The translations under genes were made by a program, and so were the position numbers. A stretch of DNA of 64,000 nt, taken from Bifidobacterium breve. Its GTDB lineage: Bacteria; Actinomycetota; Actinomycetes; Nanopelagicales; Nanopelagicaceae. Below the pieces are notes generated by a model. That model was not told where the DNA came from and did no database searches. It saw only the letters and a program-made list of their open reading frames with translations. Positions 40,197 through 49,920 of this stretch are shown piece after piece (the stretch's first letter is position 1; each line of letters starts with the position of its first letter). The stretch spans positions 3,410 to 67,409 of the forward strand of contig CAMCYS010000005.1 in assembly GCA_945885625.1 (NCBI GenBank), written 5' to 3'.

Positions 40197-40351
40197 GAAC
40201 TCTGAAGTTAAGTGGATTTGGCTGGTTGAGCGAACTCTTGAGTTAAGCGGATTTGGCTGGTTGAACGAACTCTTGAGTTAAGCCGATTTGGCTGGACGAG
40301 CGAACTCTGAAGTCAAGCGGATTTGGCAGTTGAGCGAACTCCGATAAAGCG
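40197..40351. repeat. Tandem array of about 35-bp units (4 full + 1 partial) between smpB and ssrA
   Basis: Units start at 40197, 40232, 40267, 40302 and 40336; consensus GAACTCT(T/G)(G/A)AGTTAAGCGGATTTGGCTGGTTGAGC; no spacers. Confidence 0.92.
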
Positions 40352-40438
40352 TAGAAATTGTGCTTTATCTCGATCTTCGTAGCTTTGATCGGCGCGCAAT
40401 CTTGGAAACCATAGCGAACGATCTTAAATAAGTTGCGA

Positions 40439-40939
40439 CTAGTCGTCGTACTTGCCAGAACGCCCGCTCTTGCCACTATTGCGACGTGAAATTTCGCGCT
40501 CAATTTCGCGACCTGCCTGCTTTTCCATCAGCGCATCGCGTTTGTCGTGTGCTTTCTTGCCGCGCGCAACAGCTAATTCAACCTTGGCTTTTCCATCTTT
40601 AAAATAAAGTGAGAGCGGAACCAACGTAAGTCCGCCCGTCTTTACCTTTGCATGTAGACGTTTTATCTCATCTTTGTGAACTAGTAATTTACGATTCCGT
40701 CGTGGCGTGTGGTTAGTCCAAGTGCCTTCGGTGTACTCAGGAATATGAACTCCATGTAACCAAAGTTCACCATCTTCAATCATGGCAAATCCATCAATTA
40801 AGGAAGCCCGGCCAGCACGTAATGATTTAACTTCGGTACCGGTTAAAACCATGCCACATTCAAAAACATCCTCGATCGAATAATCGTGGCGCGCTTTCTT
40901 ATTCTGCGCGATTAACTTCTTGCCAACTTCTTTCACCAC
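40439..40939 (-). CDS. smpB: SsrA-binding protein
   Basis: [43 protein letters not shown] start is approximate. Confidence 0.96.
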   Translation of the reverse strand: MVKEVGKKLIAQNKKARHDYSIEDVFECGMVLTGTEVKSLRAGRASLIDGFAMIEDGELWLHGVHIPEYTEGTWTNHTPRRNRKLLVHKDEIKRLHAKVKTGGLTLVPLSLYFKDGKAKVELAVARGKKAHDKRDALMEKQAGREIEREISRRNSGKSGRSGKYDD

Positions 40940-41056
40940 GATGCACCACATAAATCTGCACTCGCTGCCTGGGGTATGAAAAGCGATACTTTAGAGTTGG
41001 CCGAAAAGAAACCTAGCTCTTTTGTATTCACCACGAAGCACCGCCGATATTTGGCG

Positions 41057-41959
41057 TTAGACCTTGAGATAGCGACGAAGTGTTATGAGTGAAGCAAGAG
41101 TTGAAACCACAATACCGGTTAGCAATAACCAACCTGAGGCGATCCAGACTTCATTCCAACTAAAGAATTTGGTAAACGTTAACAGCGGCGCGACTTGGCT
41201 ATCAACTACACTCTTTAAGCCGGCCAGTAATCCTGTAGCCAGGCCCCATCCCAAAATGGCCGAGAAGATTCCTTCGAGCAAGAATGGCAATTGAATTGAC
41301 CAAGAAGAAGCGCCAACAAGCTTCATAACGCCGGTTTCGCGGCGACGGTTAAAGGCTGCAATGCGTAAGGTATTGCTGATCAATAGCGCTGCAGTTAATA
41401 CCGAAGCCAAACCAACTAATAGCGCACCGTTTCGAAGTACCGACAATAGCTGGAAGAACTTCTCTAAAATCGAGCGTTGATCTTGAACTACATCAACTCC
41501 GGGGCGCCCCGAGAACGCGCTAACTACTACTGCAAACTCAGTTGGGTCCTTTAACTTCACGCGGAAAGACTCTGGCAACTGATCTGCTGAAACATTCTGA
41601 GCAATGGCAGATTCTTTAAATCGCTCTTGGAAACGCGTAAATGCCTCTGATTGTGACTCGTAGTAAACGCTGTCGACAACGCTTAACTCTTCGAGATCCT
41701 TCTGAATCTGTAAACGTTGATCATTAGTTACTACGCCACCTGAACATGAAGGAGTTTCGCTCAAAGGCCCGCAGAGAAATACCGAAACTTCGATCTTGTC
41801 ATACCAATAATCCTTCATAGCATTTACTTGAGCGTTAGAAAGAAGTCCGATTCCAAGTAACGATAGCGAAATCGCAACTGTCACAACTACGGCAAATGTC
41901 ATGGTCAGGTTTCGGCGCAAACCGATACCAACTTCGCTCATTAAAAACCTAGCGCGCAT
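41057..41959 (-). CDS. ftsX: Cell division ABC permease
   Basis: GLRRNLTM, extracellular loop with LPESFRVKL, RRRETGVMKLVGAS, PFLLEG. Confidence 0.93.
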   Translation of the reverse strand: MRARFLMSEVGIGLRRNLTMTFAVVVTVAISLSLLGIGLLSNAQVNAMKDYWYDKIEVSVFLCGPLSETPSCSGGVVTNDQRLQIQKDLEELSVVDSVYYESQSEAFTRFQERFKESAIAQNVSADQLPESFRVKLKDPTEFAVVVSAFSGRPGVDVVQDQRSILEKFFQLLSVLRNGALLVGLASVLTAALLISNTLRIAAFNRRRETGVMKLVGASSWSIQLPFLLEGIFSAILGWGLATGLLAGLKSVVDSQVAPLLTFTKFFSWNEVWIASGWLLLTGIVVSTLASLITLRRYLKV

Positions 41960-42001
41960 TGATCTGCCCCTATCCCTTTTGTCCGAAAGCTAAGTAATTG
42001 A

Positions 42002-42691
42002 TCATCCGGTGTATCCGTAAACGCCGCGAACCTGATCGCGAATAACGTGGCCACCTTCGAGTTCGATAACGCGCTTGCGCATCTGATCTACGATCCCCGA
42101 ATCGTGCGTTGCCATCAAAACAGTGGTGCCTTCGCGGTTAATGCGATCAAGCAATTTCATAATGCCCACGCTGGTATTTGGGTCAAGGTTTCCAGTTGGT
42201 TCATCGGCAATCAGAATCAATGGTCGGCTGACATAAGCGCGCGCAATTGCCACACGCTGTTGCTCACCACCTGAAATCTCATTTGGTTTACGATCAGCCT
42301 TATCTTCAAGGCCAACTAGTTCTAGAACTTCAGGAACTTCGCGGTTGATTTCTTTCTTCGAATAACCAAGTACGTGAAGTGTGAATGCCACGTTTTCGGC
42401 AATAGTTTTATTTGGCAGCAATCGGAAATCCTGGAAAACAGTTCCGACCTGGCGGCGGAGTTCAGGCACTTTGTGATTTGCCAACTTTTTTAAATCTTTG
42501 CCAGCCACATGAATCGTGCCACTTGTTGGGCGCTCTTCGCGCAGAATCAAACGCAAGAATGTTGATTTACCAGAACCAGAAAGACCGACCAAAAAAACAA
42601 ACTCGCCCTTGGTGATTTCCAAGTCCACATTTTCCAGCGCCGCTCGATCCATTCCTGGATAGGTCTTGCTGACCTTCTCTAAGCGAATCAA
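42002..42691 (-). CDS. ftsE: Cell division ABC ATPase
   Basis: [39 protein letters not shown]; TTG start at 42691. Confidence 0.94.
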   Translation of the reverse strand: MIRLEKVSKTYPGMDRAALENVDLEITKGEFVFLVGLSGSGKSTFLRLILREERPTSGTIHVAGKDLKKLANHKVPELRRQVGTVFQDFRLLPNKTIAENVAFTLHVLGYSKKEINREVPEVLELVGLEDKADRKPNEISGGEQQRVAIARAYVSRPLILIADEPTGNLDPNTSVGIMKLLDRINREGTTVLMATHDSGIVDQMRKRVIELEGGHVIRDQVRGVYGYTG

Positions 42692-42879
42692 TTTCAACTC
42701 CCTGCATTCGACGAGAACTTCACTTGAGCGGGCACACAATGAGCGTGCGCCTGCCTTAACTGTCTTAGTTTAGGTAAAAGCGGCACAAATCGGGCTCTCT
42801 AACGCGCTTTTTGGCTGTGAAATCATGCTGAGATTGGCGAATTAGCGAGAAATTCACTGCGCCGCCATGGTCAGCGAAA

Positions 42880-43980
42880 TTAACTGCTGCGCCGCCAGCG
42901 AATTCCCGCTTCGATAAATTCATCAATTTCGCCATTTAATACAGCGCTGGTGTTTCCGGTTTCATAGTCAGTTCGCAAGTCCTTAACCATTTGATAAGGC
43001 GCTAAGACATAGGAGCGCATCTGATTGCCCCAAGAGCCTGAGTTATCGCCCTTTAGCGCATTGATTTTCGCCTGCTCTTCTTGGCGGCGGCGCTCAAGTA
43101 ATTTCGACTGCAGAACTGCCATCGCAGTTGCCTTGTTCTGAATCTGCGAACGTTCATTCTGACAAGAGACCACAATGCCAGTTGGGATATGCGTTAATCG
43201 AACTGCTGAGTCAGTTGTGTTTACACCTTGTCCGCCAGGCCCGGATGAACGATAAACATCTACTCGAATTTCTTTTTCATCAATTTCAATTGCATCACTT
43301 TGTTCAACTACCGGCACAATTTCCACGCCCGCAAATGAAGTATGGCGACGCGACTGGCTATCAAATGGTGAAATACGAACTAATCGATGTGTGCCTTGTT
43401 CAACTGACAACGTGCCATATGCATAGGGCGAAGAAACTCGAAAGGTAGTTGATTTGATTCCAGCTTCTTCGGCATATGAAGTTTCGAGCACATCAACCTT
43501 TAAATTATGGCGCTCGCAATAGCGCAAATACATACGCATCAACATTTCAGCCCAGTCGGCCGCTTCAACACCGCCAGCCTCTGATCTAATTGTCACCAAC
43601 GCATCGCGCTCGTCATACTCACCATTTAATAGTGTCTGAACTTCAAGTTCGCCAATTGCTTTCTTTACCGAATCTAATTCAGTTCCGGCGTCAGCGAGTG
43701 CGGCCTCATCGCCTTCGGCATTAGCTAGTTCTAGCAAAATTGGCATATCTTCAACGCGACGACGCAGCCCCTCTAAGCGGCTAATCGTTGATTGAACCCG
43801 CGACAAGCGACTAGTTACCTTCTGCGCATTCTCTGGATCATCCCAAAGATCAGGAACTCCAGCAGCAGCCTCAAGTTCAATTGCAGATGCGCGCAATTTC
43901 GGAAGGTCTAATACCTTCTCAATCGAGACCAGAGTTGCATCAATTGCAGCAATCTCGAGATCGTATTCACGCGCGGCCAT
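42880..43980 (-). CDS. prfB: Peptide chain release factor 2 (no programmed frameshift)
   Basis: RLVRISPFD (SPF), [24 protein letters not shown]; continuous ORF. Confidence 0.96.
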   Translation of the reverse strand: MAAREYDLEIAAIDATLVSIEKVLDLPKLRASAIELEAAAGVPDLWDDPENAQKVTSRLSRVQSTISRLEGLRRRVEDMPILLELANAEGDEAALADAGTELDSVKKAIGELEVQTLLNGEYDERDALVTIRSEAGGVEAADWAEMLMRMYLRYCERHNLKVDVLETSYAEEAGIKSTTFRVSSPYAYGTLSVEQGTHRLVRISPFDSQSRRHTSFAGVEIVPVVEQSDAIEIDEKEIRVDVYRSSGPGGQGVNTTDSAVRLTHIPTGIVVSCQNERSQIQNKATAMAVLQSKLLERRRQEEQAKINALKGDNSGSWGNQMRSYVLAPYQMVKDLRTDYETGNTSAVLNGEIDEFIEAGIRWRRSS

Positions 43981-44118
43981 AGTGATGAGTCTACTGGACG
44001 CCTAAACCCACTCGATCCATTAGTAAATATGGCGGATCCATTAGCAATATTGAGAAAGCAGAAGTTATGGCCCACTCGATCCATTTCTATCCATTCTCAT
44101 TTTCGAAGAAGCGGGAAT

Positions 44119-44796
44119 CTACAAAATCCCGAAGAGCGATAGCACGCGTTTCTTAACACTTGTAGTACCCGCAGAGGCCGAAAGTTCAACACTCTCAAAG
44201 GAGAAGAGTGAAAATGATATTGGCAGCCAAGCTTTTGCTGATGTAGTTATTAGTACTTCAGTTCCATTGCATTGAAAATTGCTAATTTGAATATCTGTTA
44301 ATTCACGGCGCACTAGCTCTTTATCAGAACCACTAAACCAATTACCAGAACCACCAAGTTGATCACCGGAACCACCGTAACTACGGTTCGCAGTACTTGC
44401 TATATCCGCCAGCGTTTCGCTTGCTCGATTGCTCGCAGCCTGGCAATCAATCGGAATCACTGGGCTGGCATTACTGACTAAAAACGATAGAGCAGAATGC
44501 TTACCCTGATAGTAAACATCTAGATCCAGCGCATGTGCTGCGCTCTGTGCTGCCGATTCAGTTGCCTGCACTAAAGAACGCTGAGCAACAATTACCGCTG
44601 AGATATCAGTAAGTACAACCCCAGATAGAAGCACCACTGAGAATAGACCGAAGACTAAAATCGAGATTGAGCCATCTTCATTCAGCAAGCGAGCACGCAA
44701 CCCTGCCAGGAATCTAAAATGCTTGGCGTCACTTACAGATCTTTTCCAGAGACGCCCGCTAAGTCTTTTTCTCTGCTTCACCTGGATCAAACCCAA
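44119..44796 (-). CDS. TadG/TadE-like pilus assembly protein
   Basis: Prepilin-like EDG|SISILVFGL hydrophobic helix, D..AV...QR.L..A.E.AA..AA; last gene of the tad cluster. Confidence 0.7.
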   Translation of the reverse strand: MGLIQVKQRKRLSGRLWKRSVSDAKHFRFLAGLRARLLNEDGSISILVFGLFSVVLLSGVVLTDISAVIVAQRSLVQATESAAQSAAHALDLDVYYQGKHSALSFLVSNASPVIPIDCQAASNRASETLADIASTANRSYGGSGDQLGGSGNWFSGSDKELVRRELTDIQISNFQCNGTEVLITTSAKAWLPISFSLFSFESVELSASAGTTSVKKRVLSLFGIL

Positions 44797-45242
44797 GGCG
44801 AGACGCTTTCCCGCGCGGTTGCTGTGCTTATGCGCCTACCGTCTTGGCTGCGCAATGTAATAGTAATTTCGACTTTATTATCTGGAGTTATACAGAGTAG
44901 CCCGGCGCAATCAACTGTGAAATTTAAATCCTTGATTCGCTCCTCTTTCAACCCCAGCTCACGAGCTCCGGTGTGCATAGTATTTCTGGCGTTAATCGTG
45001 GCTGATAACTCATTGTTGCTAAGAATGTATGCCCGCACTGTCTCGCGAGCCAATGTGCGCACCATAAATTCATCATTGCTTAACCCTGCAAACTGTGAGA
45101 GAAAAATTATTACTGGCACGAATAACGGCAACGCCAAAGCCACAAACTCAACTACTGCGCTACCACTTTCATTCTTTAGTTTTCGCAACAGCCCAGCATG
45201 ACGACTTTGGAAAGTTGAATTCTCGTAATTCTTTAGCACCAC
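44787..45242 (-). CDS. TadE-like minor pilin
   Basis: ESG|SAVVEFVALALPL prepilin motif with E+5. Confidence 0.75.
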   Translation of the reverse strand: MVLKNYENSTFQSRHAGLLRKLKNESGSAVVEFVALALPLFVPVIIFLSQFAGLSNDEFMVRTLARETVRAYILSNNELSATINARNTMHTGARELGLKEERIKDLNFTVDCAGLLCITPDNKVEITITLRSQDGRRISTATARESVSPWV

Positions 45243-45610
45243 TAGCCCTGGTTTTCTAGGATTGAGAAGCCATGAACTTCTATGAATCGATCTTTACTTC
45301 CCAAAAAAGGAATTAGGTTAGGCAACTTTTGATTGCGGGAGGAAACAACTGCTCTTAAATCATTAAAGGCATCTGCTGAGTTCAAATCGATGACCCGATC
45401 TCCTGAATTCAAGCGGCCAGTTATAGAACTATGAGTCGCTGCACTTTGCGCATAGGCGGTTTCAATATTGCGGCTGCTTATTGTTAAGACCAATTGAGTC
45501 GAAATCAGAAAGAGGGTCATCAATGGAATTACAACTAGGGCGCTTTCGACGCTACCCCGTTCGCTACGAAGTTTTTTTGCGAAATCAGATAAATCACGCT
45601 TGCGTCGCAT
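45242..45610 (-). CDS. TadE-like minor pilin
   Basis: SERG|SVESALVVIPL hydrophobic helix; start placed at ATG 45610 (uncertain). Confidence 0.65.
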   Translation of the reverse strand: MRRKRDLSDFAKKLRSERGSVESALVVIPLMTLFLISTQLVLTISSRNIETAYAQSAATHSSITGRLNSGDRVIDLNSADAFNDLRAVVSSRNQKLPNLIPFLGSKDRFIEVHGFSILENQG

Positions 45611-45720
45611 CTTTAATAGGTGTCTTTTCCGCTTCTCTAAGAAGCGTCGTCGCCACGAGCTGCGCAGCCAACGTTTACCCCGCTGCCTACGGGGTAACCC
45701 CGAAAGTAGCGAAATAACCA

Positions 45721-46107
45721 TTACCGAATACCGTTCATAGCATCGAGTGAATTTTTCAAGATAGTAGTTAGGCGAGGTGCTGCGATTGTCCAGATGGCGG
45801 TAACGAGCCCTGTTGTCATCAGCACTACCAGCACCCAACCCGGCACATCTCCGCGCTCATCTTTCATTTTTGCTACTAGATCAAAGCTGCGCAAACGATT
45901 GATCCTACGACCCGCATCTATAGCTGCCTTTGTCATTGCTGATTCAGCGCTACTTAAGATTCTCATAGCCACAAATTTCTTTTGGGTGTTCTCTACTTCA
46001 CGGTTTTGGTCGTTCTCTACTTCGTTCTTTACTTCGTTCTTTACTTCGTTCTTTACTTCGAGCATTTTATCTTTGGTAGTTTCAACTACCCCTGTCATAC
46101 TTTTCAT
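45721..46107 (-). CDS. Flp-type major pilin with long leader
   Basis: C-terminal DERG|DVPGWVLVVLMTTGLV..IW pilin-like segment; GAGGA RBS before ATG 46107. Confidence 0.6.
   Translation of the reverse strand: MKSMTGVVETTKDKMLEVKNEVKNEVKNEVENDQNREVENTQKKFVAMRILSSAESAMTKAAIDAGRRINRLRSFDLVAKMKDERGDVPGWVLVVLMTTGLVTAIWTIAAPRLTTILKNSLDAMNGIR
45988..46059. repeat. 12-bp in-frame tandem repeat in the pilin leader
   Basis: GTTCT(C/T)TACTTC four times at 46012-46059 plus one at 45988-45999; encodes EVKN/EVEN. Confidence 0.9.
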
Positions 46108-46196
46108 ATTTCCTCATTCCGTTAGTTGCTCTGTTTGGTGCACTTTGTTACTTTGGTGACGGATTAACTGATTTAACTTTGTCAGGAGTGACATAA

Positions 46197-47012
46197 CTAC
46201 ATAAAGCCATTTAGATTTGAAAGTGATGGCCAAAGCGCAAAGAGCATTGAGACCGGCAGAATCAGAAAGACCACTGGAATCATCATGGAAATTTCGGCTT
46301 TACCAGCCGCCGTCATAATCTGATTGCGATGTCCGGTTCGTGATTCCTGCGCATGACGTTGTAACACTTCAACAATTGGTGCTCCCCGCAACATCGCAGT
46401 AATCATGGCATCGATAAATCTGCGAATAGTCACCGATTTAATTCGTCTACCCATCGCATCAAGTGCAATATGAAATGGCGCTCCCGCAATGACATCTTTC
46501 GTGACTACCGCAAATTCGGTTGCTAACTCACAATCTGAGCGAGCCGCAATCGCAGCCATAGCATTTAAAGGGGTCTGCCCTGCCGATATCGATAAGGTCA
46601 ACATCTCAATTAGCGCAGGAAATTCAGCATCCATTTGCGCTCGCCGCTTTACAACCGCCTTAGTTAAGTTGCGATCAATCAACTGAAAGGCGAAGTAACC
46701 TGAAATTACCCCCAAAGTTAAAGCCCCCGCCATGGCCGAGGTTTTGGCCCAAATCAAGAGTGTAAACACGGCAAAGGTAAGAAAGGCGGTAGCGATCTGA
46801 CTGCTACGAAACTCTAAATATTCATGCTCATCTATACGATTTAGCTCGAGTAGGCGGTCACGCAATTTGCTGCGATCAACTATATTTCCAGCGAACCTAC
46901 GGAATTTAATTTTGCTTAACTTAACTGCTTTAGCTTCTACGCCTTGATCTGAAGCCACAATTAAATAGGCGGCCACTACAGCGAGTGCACTCGATAGAAA
47001 TAGCGCGCTCAC
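46197..47012 (-). CDS. tadC: TadC-like (T2SS F-family) membrane protein
   Basis: EFPALIEMLTLSISAG, RFIDAM..AMLRGAPI..VL, KAEISMMIPVVFLILP. Confidence 0.85.
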   Translation of the reverse strand: MSALFLSSALAVVAAYLIVASDQGVEAKAVKLSKIKFRRFAGNIVDRSKLRDRLLELNRIDEHEYLEFRSSQIATAFLTFAVFTLLIWAKTSAMAGALTLGVISGYFAFQLIDRNLTKAVVKRRAQMDAEFPALIEMLTLSISAGQTPLNAMAAIAARSDCELATEFAVVTKDVIAGAPFHIALDAMGRRIKSVTIRRFIDAMITAMLRGAPIVEVLQRHAQESRTGHRNQIMTAAGKAEISMMIPVVFLILPVSMLFALWPSLSNLNGFM

Positions 47013-47827
47013 CGAGAAACTCCAAAAACCCGAGGTGGTTTGGGTAGAGCGCCTAACTTATTCATCCAGAGATAGGCAATTGCGGTCATGAAGATTCCGG
47101 CAATCAAAATAACCACTCCGGTATTTGTCGCATATGCAGTCGCTGTGGCAGGTTGAGTAGAAAGCAATAGTAGAAGTAACCAAGGTGCGGCAGCCGAGAG
47201 ATGAGCAGAGTTCTTGATCCAGCCGTGTTTAACTTCAATCTCTTTGCGTAGCGCTAAATCTTGCCGAATGAAATCGCCAACCATGCGCAGAATTTGTAAC
47301 AGGTGTGTTCCGCCAAGTGAGCGCGAGAGTATTATCGCTTCAAAGATTTGGTCACTGGCATAGTGTGAAAACTGTTTCTGTAACCAAGTGATAGCGGCTG
47401 TGAAATCTCCATCTTTGCGAAGCTGCCGATTGAACTCAGCGAAATAAGGCGCTAATTCACGCGGTCCGCGGTCGGCCAACTGCGACAAAGCCTCAACTAA
47501 GGAGATTCCAGATTGAATTCCTGTGATCAGGTGATCAACCACATCTGGCCACAGTAATTCAAATTTTGTTTCGCGTCGTTTTTCAGAAGAAAACAGAAAA
47601 GTAAAGGTGATCACAGCAGCCATCACCGCAAAAGCCAGAGCTATAGAGGTCGATGAACTCATCACCGTAATCGCAAAGCCAACTGCGAGCCCAGCGGCCG
47701 CTGAAATGGCTATAAGACGCCACTTTGACGAGACTATGGCCAAGTGCTTCGGTGATTGTGAAGCTGGCCTATCTGGTGAGCTTATAACCTCTCTATTCAG
47801 CGATGCCATGGTCAGTCTCGAGCTCAT
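47009..47827 (-). CDS. tadB: TadB-like membrane protein
   Basis: WPDVVDHLITGIQSG.SL..AL, LGG..L...L; ATGA overlap with tadA. Confidence 0.82.
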   Translation of the reverse strand: MSSRLTMASLNREVISSPDRPASQSPKHLAIVSSKWRLIAISAAAGLAVGFAITVMSSSTSIALAFAVMAAVITFTFLFSSEKRRETKFELLWPDVVDHLITGIQSGISLVEALSQLADRGPRELAPYFAEFNRQLRKDGDFTAAITWLQKQFSHYASDQIFEAIILSRSLGGTHLLQILRMVGDFIRQDLALRKEIEVKHGWIKNSAHLSAAAPWLLLLLLSTQPATATAYATNTGVVILIAGIFMTAIAYLWMNKLGALPKPPRVFGVSR

Positions 47828-48912
47828 CGGCGTACCAATTTCTTCTCTGGTACAACAAAGTCCCTTTTTGGGGTGGCTAATCCATTTTCCAAGGCTGCAA
47901 ACTTTTCCGGGTGAGGCAATGAACCGAGGCCGCGCACATAACTCGCAGTTTCGCAATTCCAAGTGAAGAGCGAATCGATTTCCGGATTTAAATTCTCAAC
48001 GCGACCGGTCACCGCGGCTATTTCACTAACTCGACGAACTCCGTAACGATCTAGCGTGACATGCACAATTAGATCGATTGAGGTGGCAATCGTGGGAGCG
48101 ATAAAACGATGCGAGATATTTTCACCAGCTAGCAATGGCAAGATCTGTAACTTTGCTACCGCATCACGCGCCGAATTCGCGTGCAACGTACCCATCCCAG
48201 GTAGCCCAGAATTAAGGGCGATTAATAGATCTAGCGCTTCGGATTCACGAACTTCGCCAACCACAATACGCGAAGGCCGCATACGTAAAGATTCCTTAAT
48301 CAATCTCCGCAGTGAAATCTCGCCCTCACCCTGCAGATTTGCACTACGTGTCTGCATCGCAATCACATCAGGTAATTGCGGTGCTAATTCAAAAACTTCT
48401 TCAATCGTGATAACTCGCTCTGCAACAGGGATTGCCGAAACCAGCGCATTCAACATCGTGGTCTTACCAGCTTGGGTTCCACCACTGACTAAAATATTGA
48501 TTCCGGCAGAGACACTTTGCCGCAGCATTTCAGCCATCTCAAAAGTCATCACATCGCGTTCGGCTAATTGCGCAAGTGAGATTTTCTGCAGTAAATGTTT
48601 GCGGATATTGACTGCCCAATGTTGTGGAGTTATCTCAGGAATTGCAACATGTAGACGCGAACCATCGGGCAATCGGGCATCAACAAATGGCACGGAAAGG
48701 TCTAGCCGACGCCCACTCCAGAGCAATAGCCGCTCAACCAAATTGCGCACTTGCTCAGCGCTAAGTAGCAACATAGTTAACTCAGAGCGACCATTTCGCG
48801 CTATAAAAATGCGCTCAGGTGAATTAATCCAGATCTCTTCAACTGTTGGATCTTCTATGAAATCACTTAGAGGCCCAAAAACATTGGTGGCATCGATCTC
48901 AGTCTCAGACAT
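47824..48912 (-). CDS. tadA: TadA/CpaF pilus assembly ATPase
   Basis: VDARLPDGSR, GGTQAGKTT, TIEEVFEL, LRMRPSRIVVGEVR, TLHANS. Confidence 0.92.
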   Translation of the reverse strand: MSETEIDATNVFGPLSDFIEDPTVEEIWINSPERIFIARNGRSELTMLLLSAEQVRNLVERLLLWSGRRLDLSVPFVDARLPDGSRLHVAIPEITPQHWAVNIRKHLLQKISLAQLAERDVMTFEMAEMLRQSVSAGINILVSGGTQAGKTTMLNALVSAIPVAERVITIEEVFELAPQLPDVIAMQTRSANLQGEGEISLRRLIKESLRMRPSRIVVGEVRESEALDLLIALNSGLPGMGTLHANSARDAVAKLQILPLLAGENISHRFIAPTIATSIDLIVHVTLDRYGVRRVSEIAAVTGRVENLNPEIDSLFTWNCETASYVRGLGSLPHPEKFAALENGLATPKRDFVVPEKKLVRR

Positions 48913-49079
48913 GAAGCGAAGGTAGTTACCAGATCACTTCTTTCTCACGTAGATCCAATTCTCTGTGGACTCTGAGCTAATGTGCAGGAGATTGCTTAGA
49001 TATTGACTTAAACTCCTTGGGGTATCCCCCCAATAGATGAACCAGCTTTAACTGTGAACACCATGACTGCGAGGCCGCT

Positions 49080-49859
49080 ATGTCCAAAAGCTACAAGCGA
49101 AAGGTAGCCGCAATATGTGCCACCCTTCTATCTACCTTTCTTCTTACCGGTTGTATAAAGCTGGACATGGATTTGACGGTCAATCGTGACAGGACTATCA
49201 GCGGCACTGTTATCGGCGCTGTTAGTGATTATCTAGCAGAGATGGCCGAAGAGTCTGGCGATACCAGTTCGAACTCGCTAACTTCAGAACTTGATTCACT
49301 TTTTGATGAAAATACCCCGGGCGTCACCGTTAAGGAATATAACTCGGGTGGATTTACTGGTCAGCAATACATTTTGGATCGCGTTGCTCTCTCAGAGTTA
49401 AATGGCGATGGCACAGACGCAGAGGGTTTTAAGATAAAAATTGAGGGTAACAAAGTAAATGTTTCAGGAGTCCTAGATTTATCAATGGATGAAGATACAA
49501 CTTCGAGCTTAGAATTATTTGGTGCTGATTTAGCAAAAGGTTTATTCTCAAGTGCTCAGATGAGGATTGCGGTTCGTTTTCCTGGCAAAGTTATTTCTTC
49601 CTCTGGCGAAATTAGTGCTGATGGAAAGCAAGTTGTTTGGACCCCAGTAATCGGTGAACGAAACGAGTTGAGTGCAACCGTAGAACTTCCAAATGCCAAA
49701 AAGATACTGCTCTACGCTGGCATCGGAATAGGTGTTTTGGCGCTGCTTTTGATCGCTTTTTTCCTCGGGCGCAGGGGTAAGAAAACCGCAGAGGCGACTA
49801 CCGCAAAGGATCCCGCAGAGGAGAATCGGGCAATCGATTCCCGCGATGAGAATTCCTAA
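49080..49859 (+). CDS. LppM/DUF3153-like lipoprotein with C-terminal membrane anchor
   Basis: Lipobox LLTGC, IKLDMDLTVN, V.FPGKV.SS.G.I, C-terminal TM helix. Confidence 0.7.
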   Translation: MSKSYKRKVAAICATLLSTFLLTGCIKLDMDLTVNRDRTISGTVIGAVSDYLAEMAEESGDTSSNSLTSELDSLFDENTPGVTVKEYNSGGFTGQQYILDRVALSELNGDGTDAEGFKIKIEGNKVNVSGVLDLSMDEDTTSSLELFGADLAKGLFSSAQMRIAVRFPGKVISSSGEISADGKQVVWTPVIGERNELSATVELPNAKKILLYAGIGIGVLALLLIAFFLGRRGKKTAEATTAKDPAEENRAIDSRDENS

Positions 49860-49920
49860 ACTAAGTAAGTAACCAGAATTCTTAAAAACTAAACCAGTTA
49901 CCCAACTTGGTCAATTGAAC

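Noticed and set aside
40197-40351. CRISPR array (35-bp units with an internal palindrome)
   Set aside because: Units are head-to-tail with no unique spacers, are degenerate, and no cas genes are present.
42880-43980. Programmed +1 frameshift in prfB
   Set aside because: The ORF is continuous from ATG with no internal stop; absence of the frameshift is normal in Actinobacteria.
48056-48925. 289-aa plus-strand ORF
   Set aside because: Entirely antisense to tadA with no recognisable domain; a shadow ORF like most other short track ORFs nested in core genes.
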